Below are positions 62,201 to 64,000 of a DNA stretch of 64,000 nucleotides, one piece after another. Source of the stretch: Ylistrum balloti (Eukaryota). The stretch is from assembly GCF_031769215.1 (NCBI RefSeq), contig NW_026782949.1:1-64000 (forward strand), in the 5' to 3' direction. The first letter of the stretch is position 1, and the number at the start of each line of letters is the position of its first letter. A program made the translations under genes and the position numbers. The notes under the pieces are model-generated. The model was not told where the DNA came from. It worked only from the letters and a program-made list of their open reading frames with translations, and ran no database searches.

Positions 62201-64000
62201 TATTCAAATGATTATGTCTAATTGCACGCCTACTTTGCTTAGTGCTTGCTCATGGTGGTATGGTCAATACAATATTGAGTGTTTTATCAATTACTGCACT
62301 AACTTATAGCTGCTAGTCTGTCATTGATAGCTTTCTGTCTAACATTTCACAGTATTCTGTAGTGTAGATATGAAATATCTGAAACTTATATTTCTGAATG
62401 CACCAATGTCTAGCTTACCTATTATTTCTGCATGTCTGCTTTTCCCTACTAAATCTTACTAATAATCATAGCAATGGTCCATTCCTGAGAGAAGTGATGT
62501 CATCCCTTGGTAACATGTCTTTCTCGGACTCCCTCATCTCCAGAAAAGACAAACTTCTTGACAACTTGATTGTAAATATTGAGGCAAGATTTGGAGGAGA
62601 TTCAAACCTATTTAAAGCTTCTTCCATCCTCTCCTTAAAAACATGGCCTAGAGATCTGAACTTGGATATAGGTAAAGAGCTGCTGTACAAAACAATGTAA
62701 TATCCTGAATATGGCGCTAATATTATTGTTCATTATTATACTACTAATGTATTGTAATTGCTCTGACAAGGACAAGGGTTTAAAGTATGAATGATGATTA
62801 CTTTCTCTCTACAGACACGTGTATGTATGTTGAATTAGTTATAAAACTTCAAAGAGCTGATTGATGAAATGATATGTATTGTCCTTTAAAGATTTTGGGG
62901 ATGAACACATGCATTCATTACTGCAAAGCTGTGGCCCAGCTCTAAAAGGAACCTGCCCTGACATACATCTAGAGAATATTGAACACGAGTGGACAAGACT
63001 TAAAACAACATTGGTATCTAGGTAAGCAGGCTTGCCTTCAAAATACCAACATGTTTTCAGTGACAATCTTATCTTTACTAAGTGTAATGTAATAAATATT
63101 AATGACATTTGGAATATTTCATTTCATTGGATTATGTATTTTCAGAAAGCGGGGTAAACCATCTTCACTGACAGAACTTGAGGAAGCCTTTGGGGAAGAT
63201 TTTCCCAATCTTTTTCTGCTCTTCAACTACCTCCTGACACTGCCCGGGTCTTCTGTTGAGGCAGAAAGAGGGTTTTCCTGGTGGGTTTTTTCTTTTCTCT
63301 TTTTCAGATATACTGTTGTTTAAAATTAATTGTTTGGATTGAAGTAATTCCAACATTTTGGTTTTGTTGGACGGTGACTAATGGTATCCATGTACTCTTG
63401 TAGTATGAAAATTGTAAAAAATGACTGGAGGTCACGGTTAGGAGAGGACAATCTGTGTGACCTGATGCTTGTCACACTGGAGACAGCAGAAGTTGAAGCC
63501 TTTGATCCCCTTCCAGCCATTAACCTCTGGTATGGACAGGGCCAGAGAGCCAGACGTCCCTTCTACAAGGATGAGTTAAAGGTAGAAGAATTTTAAAGAA
63601 TTTTTACATAATTGAAAATGATAACAAAATGATTCCTAGTTGCTAATCATGAAGTCAAATAAACAGTTATCACTTTTGAAAATAAACATTCCCCATTAGT
63701 GTTGGGATAGGCTGAAACTTCTGTTGAAACTGATGCCTTAATCTTTATGTCCATTTTATTATAATTCAGCGGTGTAACATTCCAAAGCAGATGGTAGTGT
63801 TGGATCCACAAACACAGGAACAAATTTCTGTGGAGGAAGACATCAGCTATGATGATCATCACATTTATCTTGATGAACAGCCTTTGGAGAACGTTGATGA
63901 TGTAGGATCTACAGTTCTTGACAACTCCAGCAGTGATGAGGAAAGTGATGAAATGTCACACAGGGATTTGATTGAACTACAGCAAAAATCCTACAAGATG
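59217..64000 (+). mobile_element. hAT transposon (ZNF862-like transposase group), left end present, right end beyond window
   Basis: Begins CAGGGTTCGACACTAG at 59217, followed by direct and inverted GTAGCCCG/CGGGCTAC subterminal repeats (59236-59315). Confidence 0.85.
59554..64000 (+). CDS. Apparently intact multi-exon hAT transposase (TTF-type Zn finger, DDE, hATC), open at window end
   Basis: Exons 59554-60237, 60592-60827 (GC donor), 61046-61135, 61457-61622, 61957-62174, 62472-62671, 62892-63021, 63146-63280, 63404-63581, 63770-64000 are all in phase with no stops (756 codons). Motifs MYCRVC..H..H, ISDGATD, GTDGASVM, HCSAHRLEL, GTRW and SSVEAERGFS. Confidence 0.88.

Overview
AT-rich animal genomic DNA, probably molluscan (inferred from the repeat types only). 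The left 36 kb holds two divergently transcribed, intron-rich host genes: a TTC23-like TPR gene (minus strand, CDS ~8606-21344) and an intact WDR61/SKIC8 gene (plus strand, 24028-35155). Each contains one minor-spliceosome (U12-type) intron: AT-AC in TTC23-like, GT-AG in WDR61. This half also has a frameshifted pogo/Tigger transposon (359-2655), a 43-bp hAT-like hairpin mini-element, five tandem arrays, SINE/MITE-like repeats and a duplicated ~160-nt intronic segment that may be an ncRNA. The right 26 kb is an almost continuous, mostly plus-oriented nest of transposons: DIRS interrupted by a decayed spliced hAT, an L1/Tx1-like scrap, an Ac-type hAT abutting a 5'-truncated Gypsy, a second Gypsy with a degraded SGNH-hydrolase ORF between PBS and gag, a Crypton-like tyrosine-recombinase fragment, and a Harbinger transposase whose 3' end is hit by an apparently intact 10-exon hAT transposase gene running off the window. 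There are no CRISPR arrays, rRNA genes or clear functional tRNA genes. Exon structures were traced by hand and no database searches were run.
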